Source of the DNA: Anthoceros angustus
Lineage: Eukaryota; Plantae; Anthocerotophyta
Direction: 5' to 3'
DNA length: 64,000 nucleotides
NCBI GenBank assembly: GCA_010909165.1
Contig: MU008165.1
Location: forward strand, 124,001-188,000
Part shown: one piece after another, positions 1 through 11,022 of the stretch
Position numbering within the stretch: position 1 is the stretch's first letter
Layout: every line of letters begins with the position of its first letter
Translations under genes and position numbers: made by a program
Notes under the pieces: model-generated
Seen by the model: only the letters and a program-made list of their open reading frames with translations
Told to the model about the DNA's origin: nothing
Database searches by the model: none

Positions 1-1099
1 CCCCATTCTTCTTCTTTCTACAGTCCTTTTCCATGTGATTAGGTATTCTGCACCAATTACAAATAATTCCACTCTTTTTGGTACCCCTGGAAGGTGTGGA
101 AGAGCTGGATTCGCCATGATATTTGTTTGGTGTGGAATAAGCAGGTCTATTGGAAGGAGAACTTTTTCCGCGTCCTCTTCCTCTGCCTCTTCCAGCGTAC
201 ATCACCTGCTGTCGGCTGGACTTGGGCTCATGGCGTCGGTGGACTCCTCCTGAATCATGGCTCCGATGAGTTCTGCGACACTGATGTCGAGGTCGTCGTC
301 TGCATCGAAGCCGCCCGAATTCTTTTGGGCTTGTCGAACCACAGCGTTCTGTGTGGTGAGAAATGGTCTGTAGGAGGGTGGGAGGGATATCAAGAGAACA
401 AGGAATGCAACAAGTTCGGAGACGGAGGTGTTGGTGGCAGCTTCATATTGAGATCTAGCTTGCTGGAAAGTGTTGATATGGTGTTCGATGTCGAGGTCTT
501 GCATCGAGCCGAATTCTTTTGGGCTTGTCGAACCACAGCGTTCTGTGTGGTGAGAAATGGTCTGTAGGAGGGTGGGAGGGAAATCAAGAGAACAAGGAAT
601 GCAACAAGTTCGGAGACGGAGGTGTTGGTGGCAGCTTCATATTGAGATCTAGCTTGCTGGAAAGTGTTGATATGGTGTTCGACGGAGTCAGATTCCTTCA
701 TCTTCAGATTGAAGAAGTTGCGCATCGCGGTCATCATACTCATCACATCTCTTGAAGAATATAACTGAGCAAGGTGATCCCACATCTTAGAAGTTTTGCT
801 TGACCGCATTGTCTTACCATATTAAGGGCTAGTCCACCGATCGAGGTCTTGAGCTTTTTCATCCTGGCGTCAGTTTCTTTGCTCTGAGCCCCACCGTGGT
901 TTGGTGTGGACCCACTTACAACGTCCCATAGGTCTCGATTGCGGAAAAGTGCACGATTCGCAGCGCCAAACGCCCGCCCATTGAATCTATCCTTTTCCTT
1001 AAAACTGTCACCATAGTTGTGATTCACCACGGAAGGTCGTACTTCATCTTTGGGTGGATCCTGCCTCTCCTCTCGATCGTCCACGTCGGAACCAGCCAT
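1..1099 (-). mobile_element. Ty1/copia gag region (frameshifted; element continues beyond the window start)
   Basis: ORFs 743..1099 and 390..809 give a copia gag pattern (LWDVVSG...MWDHLAQLY...FFNLKMKESDSVEHHI...LLISLPPSYRPF). Minus strand 62..1 reads CNWCRIPNHMEKDC, a CCHC zinc knuckle. Confidence 0.85.
313..700. repeat. About 195-bp near-identical tandem duplication inside gag
   Basis: The block ccgaattcttttgggcttgtcgaaccacagcg...gatatggtgttcga occurs at about 315 and about 509. Confidence 0.9.
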
Positions 1100-1918
1100 T
1101 GCAGGTGGTCACTATTGCAGCTTAGAGAGCTGAAGCGCCTTCGCATTTCCTCATCATCATGCAGGAAATACTGGGCGCAAGGAGCAAAACAAGAAGAAAC
1201 CTTTTCTGTACTGGCGTGTTTGTCAGGATGACGAGCAGCAGTAAGGGAAAGTTTGTGATGAAGACAGCTCAGCATGTTTGGATCAGTATGCTCAAGGAGG
1301 CGCTTATTGAGATCACGCACTTCTCTTGCTAACTCCTCTATGCTTGTTCTGCGTAGGGTGTGTTGACGGCGTGGTTCTCTGGCGAGAGTCTTTATCGAAC
1401 TGGAAGTTTCTTGCTTGTGTTGTTGTAAGCCTGCATTGGAGAGGAGGAAGAGGACACCTTGTAGATTTGGGATATGATCAAGAGCGAGTTCAATTGCTTT
1501 CACTTGACTTAAACTAAAGATAGTAAGCAAGTTTCTTCTAGCAATTTCTATGCCTCCCTTGATCTTCTACTTTGATTAGAATAGAGCCAATGAAGTTAGC
1601 AATAAGTATGGAATCTCCTACTATCTTACTAGACTTCCTAGCAATTCTAATCTTTGCATTCCTATATTCTATCTCTTGTCTTGCGCCTTAATCTTCTTCC
1701 AATAGCCTTGCTTGCGAGGATTGAAGGATCCATCGCATTGAAGCAAGGATTGGATGCACTGTGTGCATTATTGAAGATTAAGGAAGGCAAACATGATGAC
1801 AATCTATGACATGCAATCTAAAGAATCTATACATCTTCTAAAAAGAAATGAAGAAGAAGATGAAGAAGAAGAGTAGATCAGCATGTCAAGTTGTCCAATG
1901 CAAATAGAGAGCAGCAAT

Positions 1919-1929
1919 GCTCGATACCA
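1919..1929 (-). promoter_or_regulatory. Primer-binding site (tRNA-iMet type, 1-nt deletion)
   Basis: Minus strand TGGTATCGAGC versus canonical TGGTATCAGAGC, immediately inside the LTR. Confidence 0.75.
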
Positions 1930-2203
1930 TGATGAGAATCATAGCTCTAGGTAGCAAAACATAGCAAGATAGTAGAAAGCTTTGCACAAAAGTTGTATGC
2001 ATTGATTATAATAGAAAGTACAAAGCCTTTATATAGGCTAGGTGGTTATAACCATAAGGTGGTTGTAACCATAAGTAGTTCTAACCTCTAAGTGGTTGTA
2101 ACAACTAACTACTCATTAAACTACCTAAAGCCCTAAGAACTAAATTAATTAATAGCCTTAAGTGCCCTAGTGAAGAGTGCCCTAAATAGGTCATATTTCA
2201 TCA
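1930..2203 (-). mobile_element. 5' LTR of the copia element (about 274 bp)
   Basis: Inverted termini TGATGA...TCATCA. Abuts a PBS-like gctcgatacca (1919-1929) on the gag side. TATA-like motif near 2030. Confidence 0.8.
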
Positions 2204-2849
2204 CTGTCGTGGGGTGATGGGCGACAATGCTCTTGCTGCATTCTGCCGTGACGAGCGCTCAATTTGGGAAAGATGGCCGCTCGTAATTGCGCTTGAGCGC
2301 CGGAAGAGATAGTGCCAGAGAGCAGGGTGCCTGAGCGCGAGTGACTGCAAAAACTATCGAGAAGTCGGTCGAGGGAATGGCCTTCTCTCGCCGTAACGTC
2401 GGAGTAATCAAGCGCGGGAGGGCGTCCTTCGCAGCCGTGGCTGAGAGTCACGCCATCACTCTAGCTGGTGCCGCTCGGCACATGTACAGGTCATGGTTAC
2501 GCCCCATGACGGCCCGACAACCCTGCGGTCCTGGTCCGCTGCATGCCCGTTCTCCTCTCGACTGCGCCACGTGGGCCCCTTGCCAAACACACTCCCCCCT
2601 TTTCCGAAGTTACTTTTCCCAGCGGACTTATCGCAGCCTTACTCGAGATGCAGTGGGACTCACCCTGCCTACTCCGGTCCGGTCAGAAGTCCCACTACTC
2701 GAGTCCAGGTCAGTCACCACAGCCTTATGCCCTTCAGTCGTTCATTCCTCTTTCACCTGTCCCCAACCTTATTTTCCCCCTTTCGCCTTATTTTCCACTC
2801 CACACTAACAAAAAAAACAAAAACTAGCTCATTACCTTCCTAAGGGGGA

Positions 2850-4133
2850 GAGCCCGCAGTCCACACTTGGTATCTCAGCCTGCCATTGGCCTCCGTTACA
2901 GTAGGTTGGTCACTTTCCAGCATCCGATCTCTCTCGAGTGGGAATCAGAGTCTCGAGAAACATTGCAGCAGTAGGCTGTATAGCAGAAATTGAGGTATCT
3001 CGACAGGTCATATCTGATACAAGCTCTGTTATGTGTTGCAGTTTTAGGGAGAGGAATTCCAGGCGTCCGTTGACCTACCTAGAAAGAGTTTCTAGTTTGT
3101 CGGTTACTTCAACATATCTTTCTGCAGATTGCGTGCCCTGTCTGGCAAGGATCCTGAGCAGAATTTCTTCAGTTCTACCTAGGCGGTCATTCATGACTCT
3201 GTATACACCGACAGTTTCTGGTAACCGAGGGGAATTGTCTGGGAATAACTCTGCAATTTCCTCCACGTTACTTTCAATGTACACCCGTGATGGGTTGTTG
3301 CTAAATGGTCGGGTATAAGCAGCAACTCTTTGTTGCTATGAGTTCCTTGAATTGGTCTGACGCGTGGGTCTACTATGTGCAGGCTGATTCACACGCTCAG
3401 CGTGACCTCGTCGCCGCGAAGGCATTTTTCTGGAATTATGAATTTAGAAATTGCATTCATAATTCTTCTAGAATTCTTGTAATTATAAACTGATGATTGT
3501 GTGCAGGAGGGGTAACATGGGCTTCAGCAGACTCCCCAATTATCCTAGGATAATTGTGAGATTTTGCTTAAGTCCTGGTTGCTCTTCCAAAACACCGATA
3601 TCAGGTTTTAATATTAATATACTTCAATTCCTCTTGCGTATGCGCAACGGAACTTTGTAAGATCTTAGATTGAAATCGAGACTTGTCCAAACTCTCTGAT
3701 TTAATCATTGTGACGATACAATGGCAACATCATCGTAGCTACCATTTAGCGTGAGATGATACCAGTCCATTAACCAGGCTAAAACATCAATAGCCTTGAT
3801 CCACAAGCGTAGAGGAATATCAAATTCACTCCATAGCGTGCCGAGATATGAGTATCTTAGGGTTCCTCCGGATCTGGTCATCGTCTAAAGGTGATCATCA
3901 AGAGCAGAGCTCTGATACCATGTTCGGATAGAACCATGGCCAGAGTGCAAGAGAAAAACGAAGCACGATCTAATTAAGAGCATAAACAATGAATACAAAA
4001 ATAGTGTCTTAGTTGGTCTTATGTACTAAACATCTAGGCAACCCTTCGCTAAGTGACCTTTGGATAAATAACCTTGTCATAATTAACTCAGCAAGTTAAC
4101 CCTAAGCGAGGTAAGATTATTTTAACCGTAACA
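2850..4133 (-). mobile_element. Second LTR retrotransposon 5' end: LTR 3921-4133, PBS 3909-3920, decayed internal leader/gag
   Basis: Perfect gctctgatacca (PBS reverse complement) followed by tgttcgg...ccgtaaca imperfect inverted termini. Left boundary approximate. Confidence 0.65.
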
Positions 4134-4290
4134 CACACCTTGTCTCCTACTTGAAACTCTGCCTCTTGCCTCTGCCTGTCAGCAAACTTCTTTTGCCTGT
4201 TCTGAGTCTTGGCCAATATCTTCTTAGCAACTTCATGCCTGGCCCTTAACTGCTCAATGAATTCACATGGTTCTCTTGCTGCTGTCATTC
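4134..4290 (-). mobile_element. Ty3/gypsy integrase C-terminal remnant
   Basis: AKKILAKTQNRQKKFADRQRQEAEFQVGDKV is the typical post-integrase-core motif. It is cut by the LTR ending at 4133. Confidence 0.75.
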
Positions 4291-4320
4291 CTCCGAGTGA
4301 CTAGAGAGTGCACAAGATAG

Positions 4321-4908
4321 AGTAACGGCACTGGTGAAACAAGATAGAAAGATGAAAAGTTGAAAGAGGTAAAAAGCTAAGTTAGTAGCTGCCCTGTTAA
4401 GAAGATGCATGTGTTGCATGCTTCATGCAATCTCTTGTTAGAGAGGGCTACACACAAATGAAGAGCTGCCTAGAGGACTCTTAGTGATCGGTGGTGCATG
4501 AAGAATCCCTAGATTTGATTTGCCTAGTTGAGGTCAGCGGGATATATAAGGGCGAGCAAAGGCTTTGAGGAACAAGTTACTCACTCTTTGAGAGAGCAGC
4601 AAGTGTCTTGCAAGCCTGTGTTGAGAGAGGCGGGAGAGCTAGCTAGTGAGCTTGTCATGGAATCAATGCCGGTGGCCAGTTGGGCGTAGATAGCCGATTC
4701 CATTGTTGTATTCTTGCAATAAAGAGCGAGACCGAGGAGGTGACTGCGAGCCGTCAATGGACGGTGTATGAGCCTAGTCTTTGTGTTGTGAGGTTGAGAG
4801 CGCTAAGAAACGTGCAAGTCTCTTGTGGATTGAATTGGTGAGGTCCTAGACCACTGGGAAGCCAGCACTTGTCGCTTCCTTACTAGCTGCGCAGTGAGGG
4901 GTGTTACT
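4321..4908 (+). mobile_element. LTR, left arm of inverted pair
   Basis: AGTAAC...GTTACT termini, TATA (tatataa near 4543), aataaa near 4718, followed by ttag and PBS TGGTATCAGAG at 4913. Confidence 0.8.
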
Positions 4909-4916
4909 TTAGTGGT

Positions 4917-5044
4917 ATCAGAGTGGCGCAGCGGAAGCGTGGTAGTCCATAACCCACAAGTTCCAAGATCGAAACCTGGCGCAGCGGAAGCATGGTGGGC
5001 CCATAATCCATAGGTCCCAGGATCGAAACCTGGCTCTGATACCA
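4917..5044 (+). pseudogene. tRNA-iMet (CAT) retro-copy, partially duplicated, with encoded CCA
   Basis: Matches plant initiator tRNA (ATCAGAGTGGCGCAGCGGAAGCGTGG...GATCGAAACCTGGCTCTGATA) plus CCA. Copies at 4917-4980 and 4977-5044 are joined at TGGC and carry several C>T/G>A changes. Confidence 0.92.
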
Positions 5045-5048
5045 CTAA

Positions 5049-5628
5049 AGTAACACCCCTCACTGCGCAACTAGTAAGGAAGCGACAAGTGCTGGCTTCC
5101 CAACGGTCTAGGATCTCGCCAATTCACTCCACAAGAGACTTGCACGATTCTCAGCGCTCTCAACCTCACAACATGCTAGGCTCCAAGTAGCCCGTCACGA
5201 CGACTCGTAGTCCACCTCCTCGAGGTCTTGCTCTTTGTGCAAGAATACAACAATGGAATCGGCTATCTACGCCCAATCAAGGCTCGGCATTGATTCCATG
5301 ACAAGCTCACTAGCTAGCTCTCCCGACTCTCTCAACAAGGCTTACTGCCTCTGCCTCTCAAAGAGTGAGTAACTTGTTCCTCAAAGCCTTTGCTCGGCCC
5401 TTATATATCCCGCACTGACCTCAACTAGGCAGTTAAATCTAGAGTTCTTACACCAGCGATCACTAAGAGTCCTCTCTAGCTCTTCATTTTGTGGGTAACA
5501 GTCCTCTCTAACAAGAGATTGCATGAAGCATGCAACACATGCATTTTTCTTAATAGGGCAGCTACTAACTTAACTTTTTACCTCTTACAACTTTTACCTT
5601 TCTATCTTATTTCACCAGTCCCGTAACC
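5049..5628 (-). mobile_element. LTR, right arm of inverted pair
   Basis: Reverse complement of 4321-4908 along its whole length, with scattered mismatches and indels. Confidence 0.85.
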
Positions 5629-7339
5629 TCCAATTATGGGGCAAGTTTTTCTAATGAGACGTCCTAAGATAATAATTATATAGACAATTTAATTGAAGTA
5701 TTTCTTTCCTTTGAGTTGTATGGTACAACTTGATTGGAGTCGGTGCTTCGATGTATTTGGCACCATTTTTTTGACAGTTAAAAGAACAATAATTATGCTT
5801 AAATTCATCTTGTACCACCAGAGTAAGCAGTCTAATTTGTTCACAAATATATAAGACCATAAATTCATCATTTTGACTATAATCTGAAGCATTTCTATGA
5901 ATGCCCATTTGCATCCACAAAAAAGTATGTTCATTTTTGGCAAAGTTTTTGTTTTGGTCAATTATACCAATCAAATCATAAATAAATCACAGCTTGAAAT
6001 TTAAAGCTTTAAGAACAAATAAGACTAGATGGAAATCTAGTCTAAAAATCTACTTTAGCAACAAGAAACGGAACAATATTAAGGCTGATGTATGATTAAA
6101 TGAAGTCAATGTGTCATTCAACATTACCCTTGATCCAATCTAAAACATCAGCAACATCTCCAATCAAATAGCCTTTGAATCTGGCGCAAGGTGCTAGAGG
6201 GGAGAAGGCCACTAATGTCCCTTCGGGCACAGGAGTATCCGCCTATGCGAGCAGCATAAGGCCAATCCTAAAAAACTTCCTCCAAACCAATCTAGAAACC
6301 TGATTAGCCAAATTCAGCAAAAGCTCGGCATCCTCGAGGAGCAGTCCTAGAGAAGGCGTGAGCTTGAGGAGGCTGGATTGTGGCGGGGCAATGAATCAAA
6401 CGGGCCTCCATTTAGGGACTCCCTATATCGGCACGAGCACACATAGCAATCACCTCGCGGTATGCCGAAGTAGAAATCTCATACTTGTTCTTGTGTTCTT
6501 TTACATTAAATCATTTTGTTTCACTAATATGTCGTTTAAACATCGTTGTGTGTCAGAAAGTCATTGTCAAGTAATGCTCTCACTTACTAAATTTAGAAAA
6601 GGAAACACTTAATGGAACATCCGGTGCCAAAGCAAATGGTAATTAAACCTTTTCGCAGCATCTATATTGATGTCGCAATTGTTTCCGTTAATATTTTGTC
6701 AATTTCGCAATTGTTTTTGTTGACATCTCTATGGATTTAGCAATTATTTCCATTGATATCTTTACATCCAAGCTTTGATGGGGCAGAGATTAGGGACCAT
6801 CTCGTGGGTACAACTTGCCTAATAACAGCCGTAGCGTTGGTGACCTTCTTGAGAAAAATGGAGGACAACATCTAAGCAACGCTTGGTAAAAGCGATGAAC
6901 CAATAAAGTCTGACTAAGTAACGATGGCAGTCAATCTCGTAGCGTGATCAGTGAAGGTTGCAGAGCCTACATCAATAGAAACCATAGCAAATCAATAAGA
7001 ATGACTTTAGAGGATTTTAGACAAACTAAAGACTATGTCGTTGGCCTTACCATGTGCTGCTTTGGCAACAGGCATGCCATCATATATTGTTTTGACTATC
7101 TTTTCCATGTTTAGGAAGTGAGATATTATCTATGGATTGTGCAGAACAATAACTAAAATATTAAAGTACAACATAAAATTAATGCAATGTTCTACACAGT
7201 CTACCGGTCATATCTCACTTATAAAATTGAATATAATTGAGAATGAGGATGCACATATTGAATTCAATTCGAATGTTGATTTTGAATTTTTTTGAATTTC
7301 TTTTAGGGTATGAACTTGCACTACATATATGTAAGAAGT

Positions 7340-7780
7340 GTTTAAAAGAGTCACTACTTACAAGAAGTTGTCAACCTCGTATGGAGAAGTGATGCTACAC
7401 CTTACTAAAACAAGATCATTGGATATAATATACTTGGTGCCACTCCTACCAAAGCCAAGAAAGGGAGACTGAACTAAACGACGATCTTGTACTTTATAGT
7501 CTCGTACGCGAGATGTTGGGCTTTTGGGAGAACAAAATTTCATGACTGTCATTCTTCTGGTGAGAAAAGATAAATGAGCGTTAGGCTTTTGAAAGAACGG
7601 AAATACATAGCATTGATTTGTTTTCTACTTATGCCACATGTTCTTTCCAAGCTTAATCTTAAACAGATATTTTTCACCCCAACATCACACAAATTCTTAC
7701 CAATGTAGAAAATAAAGTCCTTACAAAATGATTCATGGTCCCCACTATAGTTCTTTTGAAATGAGTTCATGGCCCACTTT
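7340..7780 (-). pseudogene. Decayed AT-rich duplicate of the 3' exons/UTR of the adjacent cysteine protease
   Basis: 7361-7470 resembles 8598-8710 and 7625-7720 resembles 8761-8860. Translation WGEKYLFKIKLGKNMW versus [16 protein letters not shown]. Confidence 0.7.
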
Positions 7781-7831
7781 CAAGTCAAGTCAAGTCAAAA
7801 AGTTTATTCATGTACCTAACGTCTCGGCGTT

Positions 7832-8250
7832 GAAGAACTCACTCACTCGAGGAGTCCAACGTGCCCCCTCTAAAGAACTCACTCACTCGAGGAATCCAGC
7901 ATGCCCGCTGTGAAGCACTCACTCACTCGAGGAGTCCAGCATGCCCGTTCTGAAGCACTCACTCACTCGAGGAGTCCAGCATGCCCGCTCTGAAGCACTC
8001 ACTCACCCTCGAAGTCCAGCATGCCCACTCTGAAGCACTCACTCACTCTCGAAGTCCAGCATGCTCGCTCTGAAGCACTCACTCACTCTCAAAGCTCTGA
8101 AGCACTCACTCACTCTCGAAGTCCAGCATGCTCGCTCTGAAGCACTCTCTCACTCTCGTCCAGCATGCTCGCTCTGAAGCACTCTCTCACTCTCGAAGCT
8201 CTGAAGCACTCACTCACTTTCGAAGCACTCCCTCTCGAAGGAGTCCAGCA
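7832..8250. repeat. Minisatellite, about 39-bp unit, about 10 copies
   Basis: Unit gaagcactcactcactcgaggagtccagcatgcccgctct, with partial copies. Confidence 0.95.
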
Positions 8251-8639
8251 GGTCCCCAGGACTACAATCAGCAACGTTTTTGAAGAGAGATCATGAACTA
8301 GTTTCATAACAAACAATTGAACAATCTAAATGATGACATACCAAGATCGCTTTAGATTACAAAAAAGGAACAAAAAAGAAACAACCACAACAGCTTCTTC
8401 ATGATCACTTTGTAATTCATGATAAAGTAATAATATGTACATGATAAATAGAAGATGAATTCACGAATATGGATAGCAAATTCTTGACATAGGAATAGGT
8501 CATATTCTATCAGTCGAGAGAATCTATCTCCCTCTCCAACAGAACAGGAACTCAACTCCCACTACATGAAAGAAGTGATAAGACGAGATCACAGTTTACA
8601 AGGGATCGTCAACCTCCTATGGAAAAGCGACACTACACC

Positions 8640-10484
8640 TTACTGAAACTGCTCAGGAACCACCGGGTAAGATGCACAAGTAGCCACACCTGCCAAAGCC
8701 AAGACAGAGAGACGTCAGGCTTTTGGGAGAACAGGAATACGGGAACGCCGGAGCTTTGATTTCTACTTACCACACATGTTCTTCCCAAGCTCAATGTTGA
8801 AATAGCCATTTTCTCCCCAGTCGGCACCCCACGAGTTCTTGACGACCCAGTAAGGAAGGCCTTCCGGATTGATTTCATAGCCGACAGCCAACACGGCGTG
8901 ATTCACAGTCTGAATGGAAGAAACCGCAAGTCAGATCGAGAGTCATCTCACAAAAAGATACGGACAACTCTCAGGAGGAACTGGACAAACCTGAGGCCCG
9001 TCATGGCAGAGAGGGCTCGTGAAGATTCCGCTGGTGTAATGCTGGAATAAGTTGATGACTTCGAAAGCAATACTCACAGGCCGCTGTGTTGCAACTGCGT
9101 GAAGCAATTCATCTTCGGCGCCCTGCACAGATAGAATCGCACACGAATGTTATCCTGCATTGCTTCTCAGCTGAAGAAGCATCTCTAAACGATCAACTCG
9201 TACCAAAGTGATGTTAACCACGTCGAAGACTGTGGCCCCGACGCTGTTACTGTTGAACTTGCACACCCCGTCTTTGGCAGTGTAAGGGTAGGATTCTTCA
9301 GTGTCAAGGCCGCCGTTGTACTTGATGTACTCAAATGCCTGAGAAGGAAGGCCACCGTTGCAGCCAAAGTTGTTGAAACCACCAGCACAGTCAACCAGCT
9401 GCTGTTCCGAGAGAAGCACCAGTTCTCCGGTAGCCTGGGCGTGGGCAGACTCCAACGCACCAGTGGTACTGCGTACAATCAGGCGGTCAGCAAGACCTGC
9501 GACCTCACAAAACTCATCCTACAACAGCTTCCGCAGAGCCGTACCTGAATGTCCAGCAAGAACCGCAGCTTGCCTGATTCTTCACAGCGCTGACAATGCC
9601 AGCCTCCCTCCAATCTTTCTGTACACGTCACAGCATCCACACAAAATAAGCTCGTGGACAAAGGCTTCAAAGTCACAAGCGCCGTGTCCCGCACCTACCT
9701 GCAGCGGCAATTGCACACTGGTCATCTTGTGTGAACCCTTGGTGGCTGAGCAGTCCTGCTCAGCTCCGAGATAGTGCTTCTTGAATTCGTCAAAAGTCAA
9801 ATCCGTGAACTCTGATGAGCAAACAGTAGAACCTCAATCAGCCGCTCTATCGCAGTTCCAACCTCCAGGAAACCAGAACATTGCGAATACTTACTGTTGA
9901 CACCGAGCTTGTATGGAAGATTCTGTTTGTTAGTGCTTTCAATGAGCTCCACATTCTTCACAAAGACGCCAAACCGTTCTTTCAAGTGCTCCACTGATTC
10001 GTAGGTCTTGCCATGTCTGCATCCAAGGAAAAGCTTAAGAACTCCAAGACACAACACCTTCTCAACCAGATCACCTCCACGCCGACCAGTACAGAGCACA
10101 TCGAACTCTACGCTTCCTAAACCAAAACATCTAATTTCCCTTGCCATTGCAAGGCGAGCTCGATACAGAGCAGCCACGGCTAATCCAGGTAGCGGTTTTC
10201 AGGCCACGGCAAAACAATCACAGACAAGATGAAACAAGCACCCGGAGGCAATGCTGTGAGTCCTCAACCGGCACCAATTCCGCTCACCTAAGCATGAAAT
10301 CACCGAACTGCAGGGCATGGACTCCGCGGCCAAGAATCTCGTGGACACGCTCCACGGTGAGCGCGTCCTTAACCCGCCTCTCAGTGACCATGGCGATTTC
10401 CAACGGCTCCAGGAGCCTGGCCGCAGCGCCAGCCACGAGCAAAGCACAAACCAAAATCAAGGCGAGGGCGGACGAGGACGCCAT
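8640..10484 (-). CDS. Papain-family cysteine protease, aleurain/cathepsin H-like (multi-exon)
   Basis: Signal peptide [17 protein letters not shown]29 propeptide ([13 protein letters not shown]), catalytic [62 protein letters not shown], end [12 protein letters not shown]. Confidence 0.95.
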
Positions 10485-11022
10485 GGCTGCCGCGCTTGGA
10501 GCTCCTGCGAGGCCACTGCAATGAGATCCGCGATGCAAGCAAGCCAGGCTCCTGCTTCGACCTGCTTGCGTCTCGCCTTTTGTCCCTCTCCCCGGTTCTT
10601 CCCGAAAGATAGGGACGAAAGATTAGAGGGAGCGGGCCCACAGGCTCCGCACCTGGTTCATGAATCTCACCGGCAACCTATTTCCACCACCGGCTGGAAT
10701 TTGAGAAATTGAGACCCCAGTCTCTAGACCCTAATAAAAGAAGGCCTCGGTCACTTTTTAGCAAAAATCTGCCAGTGGGTATCGTTTACGCCGGAAACGA
10801 CAGGTACTGGCCTCCATTATTGGGTCCACCGGCTGGCCCAGATATTCACGGCACGCCGGTTTCTTCGTAACCCCAAAACTGTAAGTTTCCGGGATTCTCT
10901 CCGGGAATTGTAAGGATCCTTTATATGAGAGAAAGGAGTCTACTTTTGGATGAATCTTTTTTCCAGAGCTACACCACATGCGCAGATCCAAAATGAAAGG
11001 CTGCATTCAGCGTTCAGATGTA

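Noticed and set aside
1024-1530. 168-aa ORF upstream of copia gag as a separate gene
   Set aside because: Lies in the element's leader, has a non-ATG start and no recognisable domain, so it cannot be supported.
4917-5044. Functional tRNA-iMet gene
   Set aside because: Neither copy has both acceptor strands on its own, stems are mutated, CCA is encoded, and there is no oligo-T terminator.
7832-8250. Regular repeats here and at 18193-18665 and 51284-51592 as CRISPR arrays
   Set aside because: Units are contiguous with no unique spacers, there are no cas genes, and the context is eukaryotic.
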